Shown one piece after another: positions 1-13,100 of a stretch of 64,000 nt of DNA. Positions within the stretch are counted from its first letter, which is position 1. Every line of letters starts with the position of its first letter. Source of the stretch: Eledone cirrhosa (Eukaryota); contig OZ024743.1 in NCBI GenBank assembly GCA_964016885.1, positions 104,222,001-104,286,000 of the forward strand, read 5' to 3'. The notes below the pieces were generated by a model. That model was not told the DNA's origin, ran no database searches, and saw only the letters and a list, made by a program, of their open reading frames with translations. A program made the position numbers and the translations under genes.

Positions 1-1960
1 GAGAAGCCTTTTGCAGCTAGCAGTGGTAGTAGTTCCCTAAACTTCTTCCATCCCGTTCTTACCCTAGTTATTGTACTTTCTGAGCACCCACCTCCGTTGC
101 TAATTCGGTCACCTAGGTAGCAGAAGCTGTCTACTGTTTCTACAGGGCCCTCCCAGAGATTGGTGGTACTTGTTTCCTGTGGCTGTTTGCTTGCTGTTTC
201 AGCACAGCTGCTGCATGTGAATCCTACATTCTTAATTAAGCTTCCTGAGATCCCGCTACATCTCTTGTGTACCCATTGTTTGCATTTGGGGCAAAGAATG
301 GAGTTCCTACCTACACCTTTCCTACATACTGAGCAAGGCCATTTCCCTGAGGGGATCTGGGTTCTGTTTTCTCGTCTACTTATAAGGACCTTAGTCTTTG
401 TCATGTTGACTTTGAGGCCCTTTCTCTCTAGTCCCTGCTTCCAGGTTTGGAATTTATTCTCTAGTTCTACCATAGATTCAGCTATGAGTGCGAGGTCATC
501 AGCATACAGGAGTTCCCATGGGCATCCGGTCTTAAACTCCTCCGTTATTGCCTGCAGGACTATGATGAACAGGAGAGGGCTAAGAACAGAGCCCTGGTGG
601 ACCCCAACCTGTACGCTAAATTCCTCGCTATACTCATTGCCAATCCTAACTTTGCTGACTGCTCCCCTATACATGGCTTGTACCGCTTTCACAAGCCATT
701 CATCTACTCCTAGTTTTCTAAGAGCCCACCAGATTACTGCACGTGGAACTCTGTCAAAGGCTTTCTCAAGGTCGACAAATGCCAAGTAGAGTGGCTTACT
801 TTTAGCTAGGTACTTTTCCTGTAATTGCCTCACAAGGAAGAGCGCATCAGTGGTGCCTTTCCCTGGAACAAACCCAAATTGCATCTCGTCTATATTCACC
901 CGGTCCCTAATCAGCTGTGCTATAACTCTTTCTGTTACTTTCATGACCTGGTCCATCAACTTTATACCTCTATAGTTTCCTCTATCTAGTGCATCGCCTT
1001 TACCTTTGTAGCAGTTGACAATGATGCTACTGCACCAATCTTTTGGTATGGCCCCCTCTAGTATTACCTGGTTAACGATACGTGTGGTTATAGTGTGACC
1101 TACAGACCCAGATGCCTTCAGCATCTCGGCAGCTATACCCGATGGACCGGTTGCCTTCCCTATCTTCATATCTCTGATTGCCTTACTTACTACGCTGCCG
1201 CTGACTTGTACTGCTGGTCCCTCTATAGGGTCTACGTGGGGTAGGGTCTCTTCTTCCCATGCATTCTCCTCATTTAGTAATCTATCATAATGACTCTTCC
1301 ATGCATCTTTCTTCTCAGCACTTGTGAGGGCAAGCTCACCTTTATCATTCCGGATACACTTCTCTCCAATGACATCACAACTATCTCTGACACACTGCCT
1401 CGCAATCTTGAATACCTCCTGTTTCTGGTCCTCACGTTGTAAAACATGCTTGAATTTTCTATCCTCTGCTTCCCTCCTAGCTAAGTATACTTGTCGCCTA
1501 GCTTCCCTCTTGGTCTCTATGTAATGTACCCTGCTCCCCCCGTTCTTCCATTCTTTCCATGCCTGTCTCTTGGCCTTGACTGCTTCATCTACCTTATTGT
1601 TCCACCACCAAGTCACTCTCCTCCTGCTTGAGGTCTTACTCCAGCCACAAACCTCATCCGTCGCCTCTAGTAAGTTATTTTTTAGGAACTCCCAGTTCTC
1701 TTCTACGTTAAATGTCTCTATCTGTTCTTCTTTACTGTCGTAGGCGTTGAGTAAAATATCTTTAAATCTGTTACTGGTTGAGGGGACTTTCAGCTTCCAG
1801 ATCTTTCTTCTCCAGGTTGGCCTCTGTTTCAGGGCTTGTCTAGTTCTGACCGTGAGGTCGCTGACAACTAAGCTATGTTGGGATGTACATTCCTCACTAG
1901 GGAAGGCTTTTGTGTTTACGACCGTCCATCTGTCACGTCCTCTGATGAGGATAAAATCTG
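1..1960 (-). mobile_element. 5'-truncated RTE-clade LINE (end of endonuclease, full RT, PHD-like finger); runs off the left window edge
   Basis: Manual minus-strand translation reads DFILIRGRDR...SQH...TWWWN...NYRGIKL...QFGFVPG...FVDLEKAFDRV...GVHQGSVLSPLLF...YADD...CSVC..CPKC..HKRC..CSSC...YLG. It is collinear with the 1092-aa ORF at 60063-63341, and I saw no stop. The 5' end abuts (TA)n. Confidence 0.95.
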
Positions 1961-1962
1961 TG

Positions 1963-1977
1963 TATATATATATATAC

Positions 1978-2040
<63 letters not shown>
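1963..2040. repeat. (TA)n microsatellite
   Basis: Direct reading. Confidence 0.98.
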
Positions 2041-2043
<3 letters not shown>

Positions 2044-2096
2044 GTTAGCCTCTTCCTCAGCCTTCACTCACTCACTCTCTGTTACTACCTCTCCTC

Positions 2097-2370
2097 CTCC
2101 TCCTTCTTCCCGTTTGACCTGTGCGTAATTCTTTTCTTTCGCACGCTTGGTCAGGCTGGTTCACCCTTTTCCTCTCTCTTGTCTACGATTTCACAGAACT
2201 TATGTTCACCGAATTCACAGACTAGACTCCTTCTTCATCCTGTTAGACCTGTGCGGAATTCCTTCCTTGCTCACATTTCAACCAGGTTTGATGGTCTTTA
2301 TTCTCTCTCGTTCACGATTTCACCAAATTTATATTCATGGAAATTTGGGACTTGACTCGTTCTTCCTCAC
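2097..2370. repeat. Diverged ~128-bp tandem duplication (about 2 copies) in pyrimidine-rich sequence
   Basis: CTCCTTCTTC..GACCTGTGCG.AATTC...CTCTCT...ACGATTTCAC...GACT.GACTC occurs twice in register. Confidence 0.7.
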
Positions 2371-2550
2371 TTTTCGTTGCTTCATCCTCTTTGTTTGTTT
2401 ACCCTCTCGCTGTTCCCTTATTTACGTGTCCCAATGACTTTCTTTAGCCGTTGCTCGCACCAACCGGAGGTATATGGTCTTTAAAGCGAAGAAATACCGA
2501 TGATGGTTAGAAGATCACTGATGAAGGATCACTTTATTCATATATATATA

Positions 2551-2820
2551 AGGTTGTGAGTTCAATTCTCAGACCGGGTGATGTGTTGTTTCCTTGAGCA
2601 AGACACTTTATTTCACATTGCTCCAGTTTACTCAGCTGTAGAAATGAGATGATAGGGACTGGGGTCCATATCATTCCACTGCAAAGTGGTCGTGGAGGTG
2701 CCACGGCAAAAGAGCACCCAGCACTCACTGTAAATGAGATTGGTGTTAGGAAGGGCATCCAGCTGTAGAAATCAAGCCAGAATCAGTTCCTGTCCCACCC
2801 TTGCAAGCAGGGAATGATGA
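2551..2820 (+). mobile_element. tRNA-derived SINE (5' clipped) with RTE-derived 3' tail
   Basis: B-box-like GAGTTCAATTC and SINE body motif CCTTGAGCAAGACACTT. The segment CACTGTAAAT..TTGGTGTTAGGAAGGGCATCCA is shared with the RTE 3'UTR (~59840-59878, minus). The tail GTCCCACCCTTGCAAGCAGGGAA is identical to the RTE fragment end at ~47325-47347. Confidence 0.8.
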
Positions 2821-2844
2821 TATATGCATGGAGATGCTGTAAAA

Positions 2845-3278
2845 TCTCTATTACAATAAAAGCACTGTCTGTCTATTCATCTGTCCATCCCTCCATCCAT
2901 CAGTCATGCTCACTGTATACAGACAAGGGGAGCACCATATGTACATAGAGACAGAAAAGGGAACGCCATGCATTTTTAAGATGACAGAAAGAGGTAGCTA
3001 GATAGAAAATTATGATGTCACCCTCATCTATATGAGAGGGGGGCACCAAGCAAGAGATATGTAAATAGATAGAGAGAGAAAGGGGAACTCTGTGTGTTTT
3101 CGAGGTGGCAGAAAGCGGTAGATAGACAGAAAGTTATGATGTCGCCTTTATTTATACAGAGAGAGGAGAGGGGGGGCGCACCATTCGAAAGAGATATACA
3201 TAGATAGAGAGAGAAAAGGAACGTCATTTGTTTAGAGAGAGAGTGAGAGAGGGAGAAGACGATGTTGCCCTCATCTAG
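2845..3278 (+). mobile_element. Possible non-autonomous Helitron-like element
   Basis: Starts A|TCTCTATTACAATAAAAGC..CTGTCTGTCT and ends CTAG|T, with internal degenerate repeats (GGGGGCACCA, AAAAGGGAAC). The subterminal hairpin is not clear. Confidence 0.4.
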
Positions 3279-3645
3279 TAGCTTATAAAATACGCTGCTA
3301 TGAGGAATTTAACTCCATATCTCCAATATACCAACTAGGCACTTTAAACCATTAAGTCAAGGGACCATGACAACGCTTACCATCTTAAATTAGAAAGCTG
3401 AATCAACAAACATTGTGAATGCATTCCTGATCTCATGGACATTTACAAAGTGCTGAGGGGATAAAGTTAATATAAAGAATGGTGTACTCATGCATGAAGA
3501 TGCTATAAAATAGCTTATAAAATAGGATGGAAAAGAAGTTCCTATTGGCCACTAAGAGGAATCAAACCCCATATCTCACGATTCTTTATATTATTTTTTT
3601 CCCTTCAGCACTTCTGAGAGATTGGCTATATATACATGATGTTTG

Positions 3646-3647
<2 letters not shown>

Positions 3648-3699
<52 letters not shown>

Positions 3700-3772
3700 T
3701 ATGTACACACACACTTACATACATAAATATATACTGAAAAATCAACATTAAATGGTGATTATACACACACAC

Positions 3773-3815
<43 letters not shown>
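3648..3815. repeat. Two (TA)n tracts with CA/TA low-complexity spacer
   Basis: Direct reading. Confidence 0.9.
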
Positions 3816-3819
<4 letters not shown>

Positions 3820-4181
3820 CAAATATACAGAGTGGTGTACAAGACATAATTCAGCATGGTATCATAGGAAACTGACAGCTGGCTGTGTTATATATTTATT
3901 AAGGCCATGAACACAGTTCATTCACCATCTGCACCAGAATGTCAAGGTATTTCTGGTCTATGAGGTATGATGGTGTAGACACATACAAAAACAAAAAAGG
4001 AAACTATCCACCGTGTAGGAAAAACAGTTTTGTTGAAAGTGTTAGAAATTAAAAAAGAATCCCATTGTTCTTAAATATATCCACCTTTTCTTGCATAGTT
4101 AATGTGAGAAAATTATGTGTATATACCATAAAACTGGCATTTTATGAAAATGATATCAAGGCAAACAAATGGTATGTTGCA

Positions 4182-7100
4182 TATTTGAGGTATGGTAGCC
4201 TTACACAGTGATACCATCTCTTTGAGGTATAGTAGCCTTACATAGTGATACCATCTCTTTGAGGTATAGTAGACTTACATAGTGATACCATCTCTTTGGG
4301 GGTATAGTAGCCTTACATAGTGATACCATCTCTTTGAGGTATAGTAGCCTTACATAGTGATACCATCTCTTTGAGGTATAGTAGCCTTACATAGTGATAC
4401 CATCTCTTTGAGGTATGGTAGCCTTACACAGTGATACCATCTCTTTGAGGTATAGTAGCCTTACATAGTGATACCATCTCTTTGAGGGATAGTAGCCTTA
4501 CATAGTGATATCATCTCTTTAAGGTATAGTAGCCTTACATAGTGATACCATCTCTTTGAGGGATAGTAGCCTTACACAGTGATACCATCTCTTTGAGGTA
4601 TAGTAGCCTTACATAGTGATACCATCTCTTTGAGGGATAGTAGCCTTACATAGTGATATCATCTCTTTGAGGTATAGTAACCTTACATAGTGATACCATC
4701 TCTTTGAGGGATAGTAGCCTTACATAGTGATACCATCTCTTTGAGGGATAGTAGCCTTACGTAGTGATACCATCTCTTTGAGGTATAGTAGCCTTACACA
4801 GTGATACCATCTCTTTGAGGTATTTGAGGTATGGTAGCCTTACACAGTGATACCATCTCTTTGAGGTATAGTAGCCTTACACAGTGATACCATCTCTTTG
4901 AGGGATAGTAGCCTTACACAGTGATACCATCTCTTTGAGGTATAGTAGCCTTACATAGTGATACCATCTCTTTGAGGTATAGTAGCCTTACATAGTGATA
5001 CCATCTCTTTGAGGTATAGTAGCCTTACATAGTGATACCATCTCTTTGGGGTATAGTAGCCTTACACAGTGATACCATCTCTTTGAGGGATAGTAGCCTT
5101 ACATAGTGATACCATCTCTTTGAGGGATAGTAGCCTTACACAGTGATACCATCTCTTTGAGGTATAGTAGCCTTACATAGTGATACCATCTCTTTGAGGG
5201 ATAGTAGCCTTACATAGTGATACCATCTCTTTGAGGTATAGTAGCCTTACATAGTGACACTATCTCTTTGAGGTATAGTAGCCTTACATAGTGATACCAT
5301 CTCTTTGAGGTATAGTAGCCTTACATAGTGATACCATCTCTTTGAGGTATAGTAGCCTTACACAGTGATACCATCTCTTTGAGGTATGGTAGCCTTACAT
5401 AGTGATACCATCTCTTTGAGGTATAGTAGCCTTACACAGTGATACCATCTCTTTGGGGTATAGTAGCCTTACATAGTGATACCATCTCTTTGAGGTATAG
5501 TAGCCTTACACAGTGATACCATCTCTTTGAGGTATGGTAGCCTTACATAGTGATACCATCTCTTTGAGGTATAGTAGCCTCACACAGTGATACCATCTCT
5601 TTGAGGGATAGTAGCCTTACACAGTGATACCATCTCTTTGGGGTATAGTAGCCTTACATAGTGATACCATCTCTTTGGGGTATAGTAGCCTTACATGGTG
5701 ATACCATCTCTTTGAGGTATAGTAGCCTTACATAGTGATATCATCTCTTTGAGGTATAGTAGCCTTACATAGAGATACCATCTCTTTGAGGGATAGTAGC
5801 CTTACATAGTGACACTATCTCTTTGAGGTATAGTAGCCTTACATAGTGATACCATCTCTTTGAGGTATTTGAGGTATGGTAGCCTTACACAGTGATACCA
5901 TCTCTTTGAGGTATAGTAGCCTTACACAGTGATACCATCTCTTTGAGGGATAGTAGCCTTACATAGTGACACTATCTCTTTGAGGTATAGTAGCCTTACA
6001 TAGTGATACCATCTCTTTGAGGGATAGTAGCCTTACATAGTGATACCATCTCTTTGAGGGATAGTAGCCTTACATAGTGATACCATCTCTTTGAGGTATA
6101 GTAGCCTTACACAGTGATACCATCTCTTTGAGCTATAGTAGCCTTACATAGTGATACCATCTCTTTGGGGTATAGTAGCCTTACACAGTGATACCATCTC
6201 TTTGAGGTATAGTAGCCTTACATAGTGATACCATCTCTTTGAGGGATAGTAGCCTTACATAGTGATACCATCTCTTTGGGGTATAGTAGCCTTACATAGT
6301 GATACCATCTCTTTGAGGTATTTGAGGTATGGTAGCCTTACACAGTGATACCATCTCTTTGAGGTATAGTAGCCTTACATAGTGATACCATCTCTTTGAG
6401 GGATAGTAGCCTTACATAGTGATATCATCTCTTTGAGGTATAGTAGCCTTACATAGTGATACCATCTCTTTGAGGTATTTGAGGTATGGTAGCCTTACAC
6501 AGTGATACCATCTCTTTGAGGTATAGTAGCCTTACACAGTGATACCATCTCTTTGAGGGATAGTAGCCTTACATAGTGACACTATCTCTTTGAGGTATAG
6601 TAGCCTTACATAGTGATACCATCTCTTTGAGGGATAGTAGCCTTACATAGTGATACCATCTCTTTGAGGGATAGTAGCCTTACATAGTGATACCATCTCT
6701 TTGAGGTATAGTAGCCTTACACAGTGATACCATCTCTTTGAGGTATAGTAGCCTTACATAGTGATACCATCTCTTTGAGGGATAGTAGCCTTACACAGTG
6801 ATACCATCTCTTTGAGGGATAGTAGCCTTACACAGTGATACCATCTCTTTGAGGTATAGTAGCCTTACATAGTGATATCATCTCATTGAGGTATAGTAGC
6901 CTCACACAGTGATACCATCTCTTTGATGTATAGTAGCCTCACACAGTGATACCATCTCTTTGAGGTATAGTAGCCTTACATAGTGATACCATCTCTTTGA
7001 GGTATAGTAGCCTCACACAGTGATACCATCTCTTTGAGGGATAGTAGCCTTACATAGTGATACCATCTCTTTGAGGTATAGTAGCCTTACACAGTGATAC

Positions 7101-10100
7101 CATCTCTTTGAGGTATAGTAGCCTTACATAGTGATATCATCTCTTTGAGGTATAGTAACCTTACATAGTGATACCATCTCTTTGAGGGATAGTAGCCTTA
7201 CATAGTGATACCATCTCTTTGAGGGATAGTAGCCTTACGTAGTGATACCATCTCTTTGAGGTATAGTAGCCTTACACAGTGATACCATCTCTTTGAGGTA
7301 TTTGAGGTATGGTAGCCTTACACAGTGATACCATCTCTTTGAGGTATAGTAGCCTTACACAGTGATACCATCTCTTTGAGGGATAGTAGCCTTACATAGT
7401 GATACCATCTCTTTGGGGTATAGTAGCCTTACACAGTGATACCATCTCTTTGAGGTATAGTAGCCTTACACAGTGATACCATCTCTTTGAGGGATAGTAG
7501 CCTTACATAGTGATACCATCTCTTTGGGGTATAGTAGCCTTACACAGTGATACCATCTCTTTGAGGGATAGTAGCCTTACACAGTGATACCATCTCTTTG
7601 AGGTATAGTAGCCTTACATAGTGATACCATCTCTTTGAGGTATAGTAGCCTTACATAGTGATACCATCTCTTTGAGGGATAGTAGCCTTACACAGTGATA
7701 CCATCTCTTTGAGGTATAGTAGCCTTACATAGTGATACCATCTCTTTGAGGGATAGTAGCCTTACATAGTGATACCATCTCTTTGGGGTATAGTAGCCTT
7801 ACATAGTGATACCATCTCTTTGAGGTATTTGAGGTATGGTAGCCTTACACAGTGATACCATCTCTTTGAGGTAGAGTAGCCTTACATAGTGATACCATCT
7901 CTTTGAGGGATAGTAGCCTTACATAGTGATACCATCTCTTTGAGGTATAGTAGCCTTACATAGTGATACCATCTCTTTGGGGTATAGTAGCCTCACACAG
8001 TGATACCATCTCTTTGAGGGATAGTAGCCTCACATAGTGATACCATCTCTTTGAGGGATAGTAGCCTTACACAGTGATACCATCTCTTTGAGGGATAGTA
8101 GCCTCACACAGTGATACCATCTCTTTGAGGTATAGTAGCCTTACATAGTGATACCATCTCTTTGAGGGATAGTAGCCTCACATAGTGATACCATCTCTTT
8201 GCGGTATAGTAGCCTTATACAGTGATACCATCTCTTTGGGGTATAGTAGCCTTACACAGTGATACCATCTCTTTGAGGGATAGTAGCCTCACATAGTGAT
8301 ACCATCTCTTTGAGGTATAGTAGCCTTATACAGTGATACCATCTCTTTGAGGTACAGTAGCCTTACATAGTGACACTATCTCTTTGAGGTATAGTAGCCT
8401 TACATAGTGATACCATCTCTTTGAGGTATAGTAGCCTTACATAGTGATACCATCTCTTTGAGGTATAGTAGCCTTACACAGTGATACCATCTCTTTGAGG
8501 TATGGTAGCCTTACATAGTGATACCATCTCTTTGAGGTATAGTAGCCTTACACAGTGATACCATCTCTTTGGGGTATAGTAGCCTTACATAGTGATACCA
8601 TCTCTTTGAGGTATAGTAGCCTTACACAGTGATACCATCTCTTTGAGGTATGGTAGCCTTACATAGTGATACCATCTCTTTGAGGTATAGTAGCCTCACA
8701 CAGTGATACCATCTCTTTGAGGGATAGTAGCCTTACACAGTGATACCATCTCTTTGGGGTATAGTAGCCTTACATGGTGATACCATCTCTTTGAGGTATA
8801 GTAGCCTTACATAGTGATATCATCTCTTTGAGGTATAGTAGCCTTACATAGAGATACCATCTCTTTGAGGGATAGTAGCCTTACATAGTGACACTATCTC
8901 TTTGAGGTATAGTAGCCTTACATAGTGATACCATCTCTTTGAGGTATTTGAGGTATGGTAGCCTTACACAGTGATACCATCTCTTTGAGGTATAGTAGCC
9001 TTACACAGTGATACCATCTCTTTGAGGGATAGTAGCCTTACATAGTGACACTATCTCTTTGAGGTATAGTAGCCTTACATAGTGATACCATCTCTTTGAG
9101 GGATAGTAGCCTTACATAGTGATACCATCTCTTTGAGGGATAGTAGCCTTACATAGTGATACCATCTCTTTGAGGTATAGTAGCCTTACACAGTGATACC
9201 ATCTCTTTGAGCTATAGTAGCCTTACATAGTGATACCATCTCTTTGGGGTATAGTAGCCTTACACAGTGATACCATCTCTTTGAGGTATAGTAGCCTTAC
9301 ATAGTGATACCATCTCTTTGAGGGATAGTAGCCTTACATAGTGATACCATCTCTTTGGGGTATAGTAGCCTTACATAGTGATACCATCTCTTTGAGGTAT
9401 TTGAGGTATGGTAGCCTTACACAGTGATACCATCTCTTTGAGGTATAGTAGCCTTACATAGTGATACCATCTCTTTGAGGGATAGTAGCCTTACATAGTG
9501 ATATCATCTCTTTGAGGTATAGTAGCCTTACATAGTGATACCATCTCTTTGAGGTATTTGAGGTATGGTAGCCTTACACAGTGATACCTTCTCTTTGAGG
9601 TATAGTAGCCTTACACAGTGATACCATCTCTTTGAGGGATAGTAGCCTTACATAGTGACACTATCTCTTTGAGGTATAGTAGCCTTACATAGTGATACCA
9701 TATCTCTTTGAGGGATAGTAGCCTTACATAGTGATACCATCTCTTTGAGGGATAGTAGCCTTACATAGTGATACCATCTCTTTGAGGTATTTGAGGTATA
9801 GTAGCCTTACACAGTGATACCATCTCTTTGAGGTATAGTAGCCTTACACAGTGATACCATCTCTTTGAGGTATAGTAGCCTTACATAGTGATACCATCTC
9901 TTTGAGGGATAGTAGCCTTACACAGTGATACCATCTCTTTGAGGGATAGTAGCCTTACACAGTGATACCATCTCTTTGAGGTATAGTAGCCTTACATAGT
10001 GATATCATCTCTTTGAGGTATAGTAGCCTCACACAGTGATACCATCTCTTTGATGTATAGTAGCCTCACACAGTGATACCATCTCTTTGAGGTATAGTAG

Positions 10101-13100
10101 ACTTACATAGTGATACCATCTCTTTGAGGTATAGTAGCCTCACACAGTGATACCATCTCTTTGAGGGATAGTAGCCTTACATAGTGATACCATCTCTTTG
10201 AGGTATAGTAGCCTTACACAGTGATACCATCTCTTTGAGGTATAGTAGCCTTACATAGTGATATCATCTCTTTGAGGTATAGTAGCCTCACACAGTGATA
10301 CCATCTCTTTGAGGTATAGTAGCCTTACATAGTGATACCATCTCTTTGAGGTATAGTAGCCTTACATAGTGATACCATCTCTTTGAGGGATAGTAGCCTT
10401 ACATAGTGATACCATCTCTTTGAGGGATAGTAGACTTATATAGTGATACCATCTCTTTGGTGTATAGTAGCCTTACATAGTGATATCATCTCTTTGAGGT
10501 ATAGTAGCCTTATACAGTGATACCATCTCTTTGAGGTATAGTAGCCTTACACAGTGATACCATCTCTTTGAGGGATAGTACCCTCACACAGTGATACCAT
10601 CTCTTTGAGGTATAGTAGCCTTACATAGTGACACTATCTCTTTGAGGTATAGTAGCCTTACACAGTGATACCATCTCTTTGAGGTATGGTAGCCTTACAT
10701 AGTGATACCATCTCTTTGAGGTATAGTAGCCTCACACAGTGATACCATCTCTTTGAGGGATAGTAGCCTTACACAGTGATACCATCTCTTTGGGGTATAG
10801 TAGCCTTACATAGTGATACCATCTCTTTGGGGTATAGTAGCCTTACATAGTGATACCATCTCTTTGAGGTATAGTAGCCTTACATAGTGATACCATCTCT
10901 TTGGGGTATAGTAGCCTTACATAGTGATATCATCTCTTTGAGGTATAGTAGCCTTACATAGTGATACCATCTCTTTGAGGTATTTGAGGTATGGTAGCCT
11001 TACACAGTGATACCATCTCTTTGAGGTATAGTAGCCTTACACAGTGATACCATCTCTTTGAGGGATAGTAGCCTTACATAGTGACACTATCTCTTTGAGG
11101 TATAGTAGCCTTACATAGTGATACCATCTCTTTGAGGGATAGTAGCCTTACATAGTGATACCATCTCTTTGAGGGATAGTAGCCTTACATAGTGATACCA
11201 TCTCTTTGAGGTATAGTAGCCTTACACAGTGATACCATCTCTTTGAGCTATAGTAGCCTTACATAGTGATACCATCTCTTTGGGGTATAGTAGCCTTACA
11301 CAGTGATACCATCTCTTTGAGGTATAGTAGCCTTACATAGTGATACCATCTCTTTGAGGGATAGTAGCCTTACATAGTGATACCATCTCTTTGGGGTATA
11401 GTAGCCTTACATAGTGATACCATCTCTTTGAGGTATTTGAGGTATGGTAGCCTTACACAGTGATACCATCTCTTTGAGGTATAGTAGCCTTACATAGTGA
11501 TACCATCTCTTTGAGGGATAGTAGCCTTACATAGTGATATCATCTCTTTGAGGTATAGTAGCCTTACATAGTGATACCATCTCTTTGAGGTATTTGAGGT
11601 ATGGTAGCCTTACACAGTGATACCTTCTCTTTGAGGTATAGTAGCCTTACACAGTGATACCATCTCTTTGAGGGATAGTAGCCTTACATAGTGACACTAT
11701 CTCTTTGAGGTATAGTAGCCTTACATAGTGATACCATCTCTTTGAGGGATAGTAGCCTTACATAGTGATACCATCTCTTTGAGGGATAGTAGCCTTACAT
11801 AGTGATACCATCTCTTTGAGGTATTTGAGGTATAGTAGCCTTACACAGTGATACCATCTCTTTGAGGTATAGTAGCCATACACAGTGATACCATCTCTTT
11901 GAGGTATAGTAGCCTTACATAGTGATACCATCTCTTTGAGGGATAGTAGCCTTACACAGTGATACCATCTCTTTGAGGGATAGTAGCCTTACACAGTGAT
12001 ACCATCTCTTTGAGGTATAGTAGCCTTACATAGTGATATCATCTCTTTGAGGTATAGTAGCCTCACACAGTGATACCATCTCTTTGATGTATAGTAGCCT
12101 CACACAGTGATACCATCTCTTTGAGGTATAGTAGCCTTACATAGTGATACCATCTCTTTGAGGTATAGTAGCCTCACACAGTGATACCATCTCTTTGAGG
12201 GATAGTAGCCTTACATAGTGATACCATCTCTTTGAGGTATAGTAGCCTTACACAGTGATACCATCTCTTTGAGGTATAGTAGCCTTACATAGTGATATCA
12301 TCTCTTTGAGGTATAGTAGCCTCACACAGTGATACCATCTCTTTGAGGTATAGTAGCCTTACATAGTGATACCATCTCTTTGAGGTATAGTAGCCTTACA
12401 TAGTGATACCATCTCTTTGAGGGATAGTAGCCTTACATAGTGATACCATCTCTTTGAGGGATAGTAGCCTTATATAGTGATACCATCTCTTTGGTGTATA
12501 GTAGCCTTACATAGTGATATCATCTCTTTGAGGTATAGTAGCCTTATACAGTGATACCATCTCTTTGAGGTATAGTAGCCTTACACAGTGATACCATCTC
12601 TTTGAGGGATAGTACCCTCACACAGTGATACCATCTCTTTGAGGTATAGTAGCCTTACATAGTGACACTATCTCTTTGAGGTATAGTAGCCTTACATAGT
12701 GATACCATCTCTTTGGGGTATAGTAGCCTTACATAGTGATACCATCTCTTTGAGGTATAGTAGCCTTACATAGTGATACCATCTCTTTGGGGTATAGTAG
12801 CCTTACATAGTGATATCATCTCTTTGAGGTATAGTAGCCTTACATAGTGATACCATCTCTTTGAGGTATTTGAGGTATGGTAGCCTTACACAGTGATACC
12901 ATCTCTTTGAGGTATAGTAGCCTTACACAGTGATACCATCTCTTTGAGGGATAGTAGCCTCACACAGTGATACCATCTCTTTGAGGTATAGTAGCCTTAC
13001 ACAGTGATACCATCTCTTTGGGGTATAGTAGCCTTACACAGTGATACCATCTCTTTGAGGTATAGTAGCCTCACATAGTGATACCATCTCTTTGAGGTAT

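Noticed and set aside
160-1524. Plus-strand ORFs of 209 and 66 aa
   Set aside because: Antisense shadows of the RTE reading frame.
2485-2540. Hammerhead ribozyme / Penelope terminus (CTGATGA at 2518-2524)
   Set aside because: No downstream stem II + GAAA, and the upstream GAAA does not give a proper stem III. At most a truncated remnant.
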